A DNA stretch of 63,986 bases, filler included, from Dimargaris cristalligena (taxonomy: Eukaryota), in the NCBI GenBank assembly GCA_003614675.1. It is 9 parts of 9 records of this genome, joined end to end, with 100 filler letters (N's around TTAATTAATTAA, not from the genome) between each part and the next. Parts side by side here need not be neighbours in the genome. Positions count along the whole stretch, not along the records: positions 43,453 to 50,576 come from ML003453.1; positions 50,677 to 57,798 come from ML003454.1; positions 57,899 to 63,986 come from ML003555.1; 6 more parts are not named here. One strand, 5' to 3'. The notes beneath the pieces were generated by a model, which saw only the letters and a list, made by a program, of their open reading frames with translations, was not told the origin of the DNA and made no database searches. Positions 48,675 to 60,784 of this stretch are shown here, in pieces. Position 1 is the first letter of the stretch. Each line of letters starts with the position of its first letter. Position numbers and translations under genes: made by a program.

Positions 48675-49622
48675 ATGTTGTCCTCCAAGCGTTTCACGAA
48701 GTTCTTTACTAAGGCCAACCCCATTCATGCCCTGAAGAAACTCGGCAATAAGTTGCGTCCTTCGACCTCTCGCCAGCCCACCACCCCGCCCCCCAATCCC
48801 ACTCCCGTCGCTGCCGGCTTAGGCTCCAGTCAACCTATCGCCGCTATGTGCTGGGATGATATTACTCTGGATGCCATTTCTGTCACTGATGAATCATCGG
48901 ACATTGCCTCCGACAATAGTGCCACCACTAACACCAGCACCGCCGCTACTGACGCCACTACCGCCGCCGTCGTCGTTTGGTCCGACTCTTGCCCAGTCGC
49001 TCCTACCCTCACCACCCCGCTCTCCAATCCCACTTCCGCCGCTGCCGGTTTAGGCTCCACTCAACCTATCGCCGCTATGTCCTGGGAACATATTAATCTG
49101 GATGTCATTTCTGTCCCCGATGAATCATCGGACGCCGCCTCCGACACCACCGCCACTGCCGCCGTCGTTTGGTCCCGCTCTAGTCCAGTCGCTCCTACCC
49201 CCGACCCTCCGAAACGCTCCACGGGCTCGCAAGCCCCTTCAAATAGGTTCTCCGGGGCCTGGAACCAACTGGTAACTAAGGTTCGCTCAGCCGCCACCCA
49301 CGTTGTCGCTACCTACGATACCCCCGTCGAGACCGAACCACTCCCCCCGCTGTCCAGCTGGACCGGGAACCCGGCCCCACTCCCCGTACCCGCCGCCGAT
49401 GCCGAATTCCATGCCAAGCACTACTTGCTGACGGCCGCCGCCGAGGAACTGGGGACCTCCATCTTCGCCAACTATACCACCGGCAAACTGGACAAAGAGC
49501 AGTGTATCGAACTGCTCTACCACATGCGCGATATCGAAGACCAAAAGACCCTGTTGGAGGAATTTATCTCTCCGTCCCAGTATGGCAACGGAATGTATTC
49601 TACTTATGCCACCTACGCTTAG
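48675..49622 (+). CDS. Hypothetical Ser/Thr/Pro/Ala-rich protein with an internal duplication
   Basis: TATAAA at 48516, ATG in CATCATG context, GC-rich coding-like sequence, two copies of AAGLGSxQPIAAMxWxxIxLDxISVxDESSDxASD. Confidence 0.7.
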   Translation: MLSSKRFTKFFTKANPIHALKKLGNKLRPSTSRQPTTPPPNPTPVAAGLGSSQPIAAMCWDDITLDAISVTDESSDIASDNSATTNTSTAATDATTAAVVVWSDSCPVAPTLTTPLSNPTSAAAGLGSTQPIAAMSWEHINLDVISVPDESSDAASDTTATAAVVWSRSSPVAPTPDPPKRSTGSQAPSNRFSGAWNQLVTKVRSAATHVVATYDTPVETEPLPPLSSWTGNPAPLPVPAADAEFHAKHYLLTAAAEELGTSIFANYTTGKLDKEQCIELLYHMRDIEDQKTLLEEFISPSQYGNGMYSTYATYA

Positions 49623-52248
49623 TAACTTCTTAAGTTTCACCTTTGTATAGTCATTGTACTGGCTTTCACATTGTTTTTATTGCCCTTTATTTGTCTTGAT
49701 TATATTACATATTCCTTAATTGGTAACCAAAAAAACAAAAAACTCCCTGCATCATACTGTTTCAAAGCTGCATTACACTCTCCACTTTTAAAATCCAAAT
49801 CATCTTCTCTGTTCCTGGGCCACTATACCATATCCATACTCGCATTTTTATGACACTCATCATTAATAAATCCTCATCCTTTTCATTTTTTTAGCCACTC
49901 GAGATAGTATGTCTTTATTATATTCATTAATTCGGTTTACCTTATAGCTTCAGCCTAGTATCAGTATCAGGATATTTTTTACCCCATGCCTCCCAGAGTG
50001 TAACTTCCGCTATATTAGTATTCTGGGACGTCTGTTACACATACAAGGTTACGCAAATAGTAATGTTCTGTAGTAAAACGCCGTTACATTAAACACAATA
50101 CTAATTTGCTAATATTCCAAGTAACACGTGGTAGCAAAGAAAAAGTTTCTAGTCAAAAAAGGGATTAAATTCTTAATAAAACACACAAAGCTAGTTGGGG
50201 TGGGGAGTCGGGCCAGGTCGATTTCAAAGTGGGGGCACGGATGCTCCCAAGGTTTCTATTAATAAATACCGATTTATACTATGTCAGCCCTATTCCCGGT
50301 TGGCGGTAAGTTAACAACCATGTTTAGGTTGAATTGAGGACTCATCTAGGGGACAGCCTCGCTTTCCAGTAACCTTTAAGCAATGCAAAGATGTCAGCCG
50401 CCCCGACCTTATCCTTACATCTAACCTATCCCTGGTTAGTAAACAACAGCTGGACCAATTCTGCGACCCAGAGAGTGGGAGGTGTCCCTAGCGATAACAT
50501 ACAAGTATCCCTCCCCTTTCCAAGCACAAGGGCTACTATTTAGAGGTTACGTATATTATAATAGTAGCATGGCATTNNNNNNNNNNNNNNNNNNNNNNNN
50601 NNNNNNNNNNNNNNNNNNNNTTAATTAATTAANNNNNNNNNNNNNNNNNNNNNNNNNNNNNNNNNNNNNNNNNNNNAACCTACCGCGGGCATCTAGCCTT
50701 GCCCCTTGCGGTTCTTTCTCTCTTCTTTAAATTGTTTTAGTTGTATCTGAAGGCACTTGCGTTTACCATCAAACTTATATTTCCAACAGATTGCGATTAT
50801 CACTGGTTGTAGTATATACATACATGTAGGATGGCTACCTTGAAGCTGCCGTGACTAGGGCTATACAGGGGTGTCGGGTCAGGGTAATACAAAAAAACAC
50901 ACAGCCCCGTCCAAACAATTGGGATGGTTAAATTCCCATCCAACACATTATTTTAGTGATAGAGAGCGGAGGTGTTATTGCCAACTAAATAAAAGCAGAA
51001 TATGCACTGGTGAATATATCTAAGAATGTATTTGTAATATAGGGGTTATCCCATATATAAGCCTAGTGCTTTCGACAAGATGCAATGATTGAAACGAAAA
51101 ATATGAACACTGATGGAACATTTATATGTTGGTGGTGAAATGGACATTGAACAAGAATATAATGGAAGCATTGCCCATAACCCCATGAACACTGTCACTA
51201 GAAAAGTTTGAATCAAGAGGTCAGTCACGGTATCCAATTGCTCCAATACCATGCCAAAGCTCCGACAGGAGACATCCTAGTCAATACAGTACTGGGGGTT
51301 GTCTCTACTGATGCTTATCAAGGGGAAATGAGGAGGGGGGGCATTATCGCTGTTATGATTAAGCGAAGAGTTTTAGCCATACAATTAATTGTATCGTTTT
51401 ATTAGGACACGGAGAGCCCGAATTAGCGGATTATCCCCTGCCCTATACCCTGGATTTGCTGGTGGAGTTAGCTGGGTTTATAACTGGCTACTGCCTCTGC
51501 CCTGGTGGGCCATTATCGTTGAAGGAGGATCAGGTAACGGCCACCTAGTTTCAGGGAAATCGACCCCGCTCTGCGGGTTGCACCACAACCAGGTCTAAAA
51601 GTCCCCGTTAGCAACTCCATGATTAGCTTGATTAAGGATCTACCGTTAGGGCCAGATATTTACTCTGCCTTAATCGGCTGCCATCTCATACGCTGTAGCA
51701 CATGTAGTATGCTGTAGTCCATGGCACCCAACCGGCTCGCAGGATTAAAAACGTGGTAATCACTATCAAGGTATTATTAGGGTAGAGCAAGTCCGAAAGG
51801 AAATCATTAAAGCATATTCTTGGAAACCAGCTGCAGGGTGACCCGATAAACAAATTTAATTTACACGCCTACTTAGATAATACATATGGGTAACATGCCC
51901 CTAAATGCCCTAATTGATACAGTATGTTTAAAAATATTATTAAAAATAACGAGAACACAGACCAACTAAAATAATGGTAATGTTATCTATTGGACCATTA
52001 AAACAAAAATAAAATTTAACTAATAGGAGTCATTACTGGGCGGCTAACTATGCTTACTATTATATTTGAAATAGAACAGTGATAATGTAATACTAAATAG
52101 ATCATTAGGGGTGATGCGTCTGAGGAAATTGATTTAGTTAGGCGGGCATGCGATGGAATACAATGGTGGCTTTTCGTTTTAAACGGGGTATACTACAGAA
52201 GCTAGGCGTTCGCTCCCCGCCCTTAGAATTTGGCGGGGAATGTAGGTT

Positions 52249-54963
52249 TTAGGCGGGTTCGTTTCGCACCATGGTCCAGAGGTCCGTAAAATTAGTTGGG
52301 ATAATTCGGGTCGGTGCACCGGGTAAATAGTCCCTCTGCAGGATACTACCCGAGCGGGCCCGCCGGTCCGGTAGCCAATAAGTCAGCATATGCTGGTGGG
52401 CCAGTTCGGTCTGTTGGAATTGGCGCAGTTGATCGGGGTGAAGGACAAACTCAGAGGGTACGCTAGGGCCTGGGTTTACCGTTGGGTTAGTGGTATGAGG
52501 GTCCGACGTATAGAGTGATCCCGTTGGTTGGCGCGGATTCGCGGAGGGCCCCCGAAGCGGATGTGGCGAAGGCAGCGGAGTAGTGATTTGATTGGGCTCG
52601 GCTTTACCCTTCGGACCAGATAAGGTTTCGACGCCGTGACTTGCCACTCCCTTGCGGAATTGAATACGGTTTTTAATGTTGGGGGACGACTTGTGGGTGC
52701 GCAGAAAATTGGAAAACCGATCGGTGATTCTGGCCAGAGAAGAGATGGGCTTGGGTGTGGCGGAGGAAGGGGAGTCCGAAGCAGATTCTTGATCAGTGCT
52801 TTGTAGAGAGTGATAAGGACTGGTCTCGCTAAACTGAGGAAACGGTACAGTGGCCGGAGAGCGACCCAGGGAGGCGGATCGCCGCTGGGTAGCAGCAGTC
52901 GCCGGGTTACTGCTGGGGTTACTGCGGATAGTACCTAGGTCAAAACCGTCGGCGACCTCCAAGTCGTTGATGCCGGCGAATACGTCCTCCTCCTCTTCCC
53001 CGTGGGGATTCGTACTGATCCAGCGCATATGAATAGGGTCGAAAACCATGCCTTCGGGGGTTGGCTGGTCGGATAGGTGGGGGGAGAAGCTTCGGTCGTA
53101 ACTAACAATGCGCTGCATACGACGGTGCTGGGGATCCCGATCATCTGGCTCTTTAATACCTAATCCGGGAAACCGCTCACTTAACGTTTGGCTAAGGCTC
53201 AAGCGACTCAAGGCACGGGAGCGGGACAGAGGCGGATTATTCCGGCTTTGGGTAGACGAAGCGTACGAATGGGATGAGCGAGTGGACGAGAAGGAAGTGC
53301 GGGCCGGGGGTTCTTTAGCAAGGGGGGCGTCCGGTCGGAAAATATGAAGAGCGTTCTCGTTCCCCACCCAGACCTGGTGCTCGGGATGGTAGACCATGTT
53401 ACCAATTGTTTTGGCTATTTTGTGGGAGTTTAGATTTCGGATGAGGAGGGGCCGCCGTTTCCCAGTGACCGTCGGGCTACAGTGTTTAGTCGAAGATGGG
53501 TTAGTCAGATGATTTGAAGGGGTAGGTTTGCGGGCCATCGGTTGGTCAAGAAAAAGACCCCGACGGGATGGTAAACGCAGGTTTGGGGGTTTGGGTGGAG
53601 ATGTTGGAGAGGGATTGGTAGATGATGATGTCAACTGAGGGAACGCGGAAGGTTTGGCCAACGGAGCTGGGGTCGCAGTATTTAGGTTTGAGATATTAGC
53701 CAGTGGGGCGGGTTCCACCGTTTGGCGTTTCGCTTGGGCCAGGGGTTTAATGTTTGAACTGGTGGAAGTCTGACCGGCCATCCCAGCAGGCTTCTGATAC
53801 AGGTCGGGAAATTGGAATTCGAGTCGCTGTTTAAGAGGCGTCCCGAGCCCTAACAACTGAAAAGCTGGATCGTGCCGTGGCGATGGAGTAAGTGGGGTCT
53901 CCCGGGTCGTATCATGGGCATCTCCCCACACCAGAAACTGGTGGCCGCGCTGCTGTTTATGGCGAGGGGTGGCTTCAAAGTCGGACCAGTCGAGTTCACT
54001 TTCGATGCCTTCGGGAGTGGCCGAGGGGTCGGATACCGATGGTGGCAGCGGGGACGCGAGTGGAGAGGATTCGGGTGACGGCGGGCGGTGTAGCCGACTA
54101 TAGTCCGTCTGCTTGAGTTTCAATTGGGTAGGCGAGGAGGGGAAATCCACTCCCGCCCAGTCATCATCATTGTCATCATCGTCATCATCATTATCGTTGA
54201 GGCCTTTGATGGCTGCTAGTTGCTTTAAATTAGCATTACCGCTGGTTGACATCCGGAAGCGCTCTAGGGTGGACTGTGCGGGAGTTTTGATGTCGGAAGA
54301 GGAGCCATCGGAGGCCGTGTGGCCCGACGCACCTACACCAGCTGGTACGTGATCCGGCTTGATCAGCCCGAGTCCTTTGGATACACCAAGTCGTCGAGAA
54401 GCTATATCGGTTTAAGAGTTAAATTCGGGTATAACAATATGGAACAGATAGATAGATAGCTTACTTAAGTTAGATATCAGCAAGTGATTTCGGAGAAGCG
54501 ATCAATTACATTTCGGCTAAGTAGCCGTGAAGGGGATTGGCTTAAGGGGGATGTATGTATCAATCCAGGGTGATAAACCTATAGACTACTGAAACAATGA
54601 CTGACCAACTAGGGTATCCGGGGTAAACAGCGTCATACGCTGCGGTGGGGTGGAATGGGCTCCGGTACCCACAATCGAAGGCCGAATAGGCTGGGGTTTG
54701 GTTACGGTCCGGGTATTGGGCGACCACGAATTCTCCGTGTCAGTATCGTCCACCTCAAAATCGCTCAGGCCGCTTAAGTCGTCGACATAGTTTATGTTCG
54801 AGCGAAGGCCAGGAAACGCCTTGGTATCGAAGGCGTCGGGAGTTAAGGTGGGGGGAGGTGGGGCCCGAACGACTTGGTCGCAGTCGTTGTCCAAGTCAAA
54901 GTCGGAGTCTTCCCACTTTTCCAGAGTGGGCTGTGGCGTGATGAATTGGCCGGTATGGAACAT
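52249..54963 (-). CDS. BFA1: Byr4/Bfa1-family mitotic exit / septation GAP scaffold; exons 54963-54606 and 54401-52249
   Basis: RPLLIRNLN, GNMVYHPEHQVWVGNE, GMVFDPIHMRWI...EEEEDVFAGINDL, EFVL...FQQTELAH...W; GTCAGT...ATAG intron restores the frame. Confidence 0.85.
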
Positions 54964-55192
54964 GGTTGGGGAGCGGTTTTGCCTATAGAAGGCGGTTGAG
55001 AGTACTTGCAGACGGGCGGGAAGACAACTAACTTATACGAAGGTGGGAATGGTTCTAAATATAAATGGGAATAGCAAATAAGAGACAAGGTCAACTCGTC
55101 ACTGGGGGAACTCGGGAGAAGTAAGGAGGTTAAACGGGCGCCAGGATAAGTAAGTAGTGAATGCACAGCGTGGAACTGGCTCGTGGGGGAGT

Positions 55193-55513
55193 TGTTTACT
55201 TAATACCTGGGTGGTATATAGTCCGATTGTCTGTGGAGGAATGCGAAGAGCAGGAGAGGCACACAAGAACAGAGGCGCGGGGGGTGGTGAGGCCCTTGTA
55301 AAAGAGACTTGGCAGCTTCAGGAGAACACGGACAGGCCTTAGTTCTTTGCTAAAAGGTAGTGGTGGGGCGGGCGGTATTCGGTAAGGCAGCTTTCCCCAA
55401 CAGCCCCCGTTCAAAAGGTAAACAAAGTACTATTAGCCCCCTTCCCACTTCACCACCAGTGATCCGGGCGCGCCCCTGACGTGGCTCTGCTATAGCCCCC
55501 ACCAAAGTAAACA
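55193..55513. promoter_or_regulatory. Three forkhead-type GTAAACA sites in the divergent BFA1/MED9 promoter
   Basis: TGTTTAC 55193-55199, GTAAACA 55418-55424 and 55507-55513. Confidence 0.45.
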
Positions 55514-55895
55514 ACACTGCACTGCGTGCACTCTTTCTCTATCTTCACAACTAGTGCTGCTCCCTCTCTGCCCCTATTTCCTTCTTAGTTCTCAGCCACA
55601 GTTTGGCTCTTTTGCGGGGGGAAAAACAGAGAGCTACACACCAATCAATGGTTACCTCTATACTATACTCAGGCCTATTTGAGGTCACGTTATAGCCATT
55701 ATGTTATCCATGAAATGCTGGAGGAAGCTTCCCACTCGTTCATGCTCACCGTGTTCCAGACTAGTCTGTGACACCACCACCCAGGCGAGGAAGGCTACAT
55801 GCTGTTATTGGTAGTTTGCTCTAGAGTCCATTTCTTGTCCACCCCTCCTCATTTTCCCTGTCTATTCCCCCCTACTCAACCGTCTTCTGCCTCGC

Positions 55896-56899
55896 ATGGA
55901 CCACCACCCTAACCGCAATCCCAATGGCTCCGGGGGTGCCGAGTCCACCAACGACGCCAGCTTCTTTGATTTCTTCATCGATGCGGATTCCCCTGGTCTC
56001 GCCGACGCCCCACAGGGTGGCGGCTTCAGCGGGGGTTTGAGTCCGACCACCCAACAACCCCTACCCGCCAGCTCCGCCCAGTCCAGCGTCAAACCTACCG
56101 CCGCCCCGACCCCTGCTCCTCCAGCAAGCACGCCTATACCTACTGCTGCCGTTGCCACCAGTACTACCACAGTCACCAGCATCCCATCTACGAACATGCC
56201 TTCACTACCACCATCCCTCCCAACGGGTTCAGAGGACTCCCCGCTTCCCAACTTCAATTTCTTGGCCCAGATTTCTCATATCATGCAACTCATATCGAAG
56301 GGCGACGATCGGTCCGAAATTGCCCGTCAGGTAACGTCCTCGTAACATTAGAATAAGCAACAGGCCCGCTTGCCTCAACTATATCTACATATCTATGCTT
56401 CCGGCGGACTGCCGGGTTCACCTTGTCATGACCGAATATCTGGATCACGGAGACACTTTCATTTTCTGCACCCGTATCCCGAGTCCCTCCTAATAACCAT
56501 GCCAAATATGACCTTGTCCGGGATCTGATTACCCAACCGTTTCCTCCATTCTAGGTAGCTAAACTGATGGACCAGTTCGACCAATGTGAGATGATTGTCA
56601 ACCAACTTCCCAGGGCGGATCGCTCTACTACCCAGCAGGAAGAACGCTTGCAGCACGCTAAAGCCTTTCTACAAAAGAGAACGTAAGTATCCTGTTTAAT
56701 TCTAGTGTATAAATGATCCCGGATCCTACCCCCAGTTACCTATCACCGATTTGTCCATCTGGATCTAACCCGCCCCCACCTTTTCCCCCAAATACACATT
56801 CGCCCCCCTAACTTTGTTTATCTATTTAACAGAAACCAGGTCGAACACTATTTGACCCTCCCCATATTCAATTGCTCTGAGCAGCCCAATGGACAGTAG
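55896..56899 (+). CDS. MED9: Mediator subunit 9-like protein; exons 55896-56330, 56555-56682, 56833-56899
   Basis: Spliced product FNFLAQISHIMQLI...EIARQVAKLMDQFDQCEMIVNQLPRADRSTTQQEERLQ fits the Med9 pattern; canonical GT-AG introns. Confidence 0.7.
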
Positions 56900-58272
56900 T
56901 TGATGTGTACCCCGTCCAAAACCCCGGTATTGTTTTTTTTGTGTTAGCTAGATCACTCTTACCTGCTATCCCCGGTGCTTGTATTATTATTAAACTATTT
57001 GTGAGGCGTGTGGTCCATGATAACTAGGCTAGTGGTAAAATAATGCCGTGAATATTATATTTATAATGCTGAAAATATTAAAGAAGTGTCAATAAAAATT
57101 TGGGTGAAAGGGAAGGGAGCAACTAGAGGACGCTAGGTGCCTCTAGGTGGTTAGATTTACTGAATAATGTAGTCGGCAGGGGGCATTTCAGGTGGGTGAA
57201 ATGATAGGACATCGAAAAGCTAAATAAACTAACATATTTGGTCAGAAACAGGAGATGATAATAGATACTTCAGGACATATGTTTCAACAGTGTTTGTATC
57301 CTGTAGTATTATTCGCACCACCGTAGCCACTATAAGTCCCCAGAATAATCCTATCGGTTTTGGTTCACAGATAAACATGCGTGGGTTGCTGTTGTTGGAC
57401 AAGTGCCCCCACCCCTTTGGTGTGGCCTAGCATTGCCCTCTTCCTAGGCAATGTGGTGTATAGCAATAAAAATACTAACATCATAGAATAATTGTTTGTA
57501 AATTTTCCCGGATAGCCCAGTTAACGTCCATCTAGAAGTGCACCATTACAGGCTGCTTAATATGCAATTTTTTTATTGCCATTATTATACAGTTGAAACT
57601 AAGCCCAATGTCATATAGTGATAAAGGATATGTGGATGGTTAATTGGGGGGCATATGTCTTTTACAATTAATGACGCCTGCTGTACTGCCATAGGCTCAG
57701 ACAAATTTCCCTTCCCATGAGACAACCTAGGTGTATTCCCTCGCCACATAATGACTGCACATTCAATATCCACAGTTACACTCTTTGAGCAAACACTTNN
57801 NNNNNNNNNNNNNNNNNNNNNNNNNNNNNNNNNNNNNNNNNNTTAATTAATTAANNNNNNNNNNNNNNNNNNNNNNNNNNNNNNNNNNNNNNNNNNNNGA
57901 AAGTAGGATGAGTTAGGAATGGACCATCGCATTAGTAGGTAATGAACAAAGCTGTCCCTTCTGGAGCTGCGCAACAACCAAGACACATGGGCTGACCAAA
58001 CTTTTGAGGGATTGGTTTTCTTAGGATGAGCCTCTCCCTCCACCCTGACTTTACTGGGTAGTGTATAATAATGGGGTTTTCATTTGCCAATACTTAATAT
58101 GTTAGCCCCCTAGATATAGGGAATGCCTAATGTATACACCCGAGATGGTGGCGGTATATTGGTCTCAGTGTCCGTTGAAATCGCTTGGGTGGTATACAAT
58201 TCCGCCCTGGGTAAATAGTACTCGCTTTATTTCATTAACATTCGTACTTGAGGTGTTCAGCTGCCATTGCAC

Positions 58273-59947
58273 CTATAAATTCAACCACCACGCTGTCAAC
58301 CACCCCGCAAGCCCCATCGATGCAGGCTCAGCGCGGTCCCTGGCCAGGTCTTGCCGGTCGCGCGCCAGTTGTTCGGAATCATATGGGGGCAAAGCCGCTG
58401 AGGGCACTGTCATAAAGGCATATCCCTGATGTTCGGTATCCCAGAGTCGGGTGCGTGGTACGTATTGGCCTAAATCGGCCGAGCCTTCGCGTAGGTACAG
58501 CACCGAATAATTGTAGAGATATTTGGTACACTGACCGCCCAGGGGCTGTTTATCCGCTGTACTTTCCGCATTCTCTTCGGACAGGCTCCAGTGGGCGGAC
58601 AAATATTTGGCGGTCTTTTGATACTCCAATTGGGCTAAACATTGCACCATCCATGTCCGCAGTTGGAGGTGGCTGGGACCTTTCCAAACAAATTCCCTCC
58701 ACTCCAAATGGGAATCGAACACGGATATTAAGTCGGGGTTGCCGGTTATAGCACCCAGCATAATTCCGAATCGGGCCCACTCCATAGCCAACTCGTGAGT
58801 CTTGAATTGCTCTGGCATCAGTGTATTTAACCCTTTACGCATGTAGTGGTAGAAGACTCGGAGGTCCTCCCAACGGTTGGTCCGGAATAGTCGCCACATA
58901 ATGGTGAGAATAAGGCGTTGTACAACGGCGTAATGGACCTCGACCTGCTGGGTGGGGCGAGGGTCACCCAGGCCGGGAAATATTGCATCGAAGCGACGTG
59001 GATTTAAGAGACGTAAACCTTCTCGCATTCCCTTATGGCAATTATAGTCGAACAGTTGCACTAGGAGGGACCCTAGTTTATCCATTGGCCAGGTATCGGC
59101 GAGAGATACAAAGGGGAAATTGCGCGCGAACTGTTCTTGGGTGAGCTGGCTCATATCGACCAGGACCCGGTTTTTAACATTAAACAGAAGGGGTTCCTCG
59201 AGGTTCTTTTTGAGGTATTTTCGATAAGCTAGACGAATCGCCTCCCTTTCCTGGTTTGTGATCTTGTCCACCATAACCTCAGTAGTACCGTCGTCCGCGG
59301 AATACATTAGTGGGGGAGATGGCTGAGGATTGAGCTCCTGCAGGATCTCTGACCAACGGGAAGAGACTGAGTTATCGATTTGGTCGGAGGTTTCCAGATT
59401 GGCCAATCGATACCAGCTCTGCACAAGTTGCTTCAATTCGATATCGGATAGACTTGTAGGACTATATAGCAGACTGCTTAGTTTTTGGACGCATTCCTGG
59501 ATCTAGGATTGGATGGACATGTATGGAAGGGTATATAGGTCAAGGTGGGGAAGGAGATGAGCGCTGATGGTTGGAGGAACCGCGGAGGAAAGACTTAGGT
59601 CTAATCAGACCTCTAAAATAGGCCAACCTACTCGGTGGCCGCCGCGCGTTTGGTTAACTGCCACCCGTTTTAGCTGGAATAAAGTCTACAGAATAACCGC
59701 AAAATCTACCCGCGACAGCACCTACCGCAGGTAAATGGAGCAGTTTGAATCGGTGGCGCAGTCCCCCAGTAAGGTTTTCAACGTTCGCAAAGTCTTCGAA
59801 GCCCAAATGACTGTGAATAACGCCTAGCAACTCATTGGGTAGACGCTCAAATAGGGAGGGTCCCCCAAGTTGACCATACGTCGCAGGACTGGAACTGCCA
59901 CCTGTCAGCTGAGCGGTAATTAAAAACGGAACAATCCAAATACGCAT
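58273..59947 (-). CDS. Secreted protein with N-terminal F-box-like motif; exons 59947-59726 and 59502-58273
   Basis: Signal-like MRIWIVPFLITAQLTGGSSS, then LFERLPNELLGVIHSHLGFEDFANV; phase-0 intron GTAGGT...CTAG joins in frame to the 387-aa ORF. Confidence 0.78.
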
Positions 59948-60784
59948 AATGGATAAAGGGAACGATTCTAAATATTATGAACAACGTGCAAAGGTCAGAT
60001 GTGTGGCGGAAATTAGAGAATATATGTCGTTAACGAACTACAAATTAATCCGCGAACTAGGACCACCGTAGTAGTGATTTAAATATGGAGTACTGGTCTG
60101 ATCAACCTTGTTTTGAAATCGCCTTTATCCGCCTGCGATCACTCGTCAGGTCGTTTGGAGATAGTGGTGGGGTTGGAGGTGATTTTGGGCCAGTTGATAC
60201 AAGCTAGCTTCTAACCCATGTACCACCACTGCGCCACCAGGGCAATTAACCTGTCCCCCCTCTTTGTAAAGGGGATATCGATGTCCTGTGCACCTCGGCA
60301 CACAGCCACAAGCCAACAAGCCAATAGCCCAAAACACCTTCAGGACTGTTCATCGTATATCCGAGTCGGGCGAACCACACGAACCGCATGCCTGGGGAGG
60401 ATATATAGGCAGAATCGGTCATTGCCCATGCCTAAACGGCTCAGAGGCCATCTGGACAGCGGGTCTGCTGCGCCTAGTAGGAGGCCTGGGCAATTTGCAG
60501 CTGCGGCACTTGCATGCATGGCAAAAAGGGCCGACCACCCCCCCCTCCTTCTACATCAACAGGCCAAAGATGAAACTACATGTTGTGACGTAGCTCCTTC
60601 ACCCTTCAGCCAAGTCTGGAAGTGCCCCCCCCGCTCTATTTAAATGCTACATTGGCCTTCACAGCCTCCCCCATCTCGGCATATATATAACCTTTTAGAG
60701 TCAATTGTCCTCCCAGCTACTAAACTAAACCCTGATATAGATTCCATTTACCAGCCGTGTAACCCTTCAATCTATTTACCTTCC

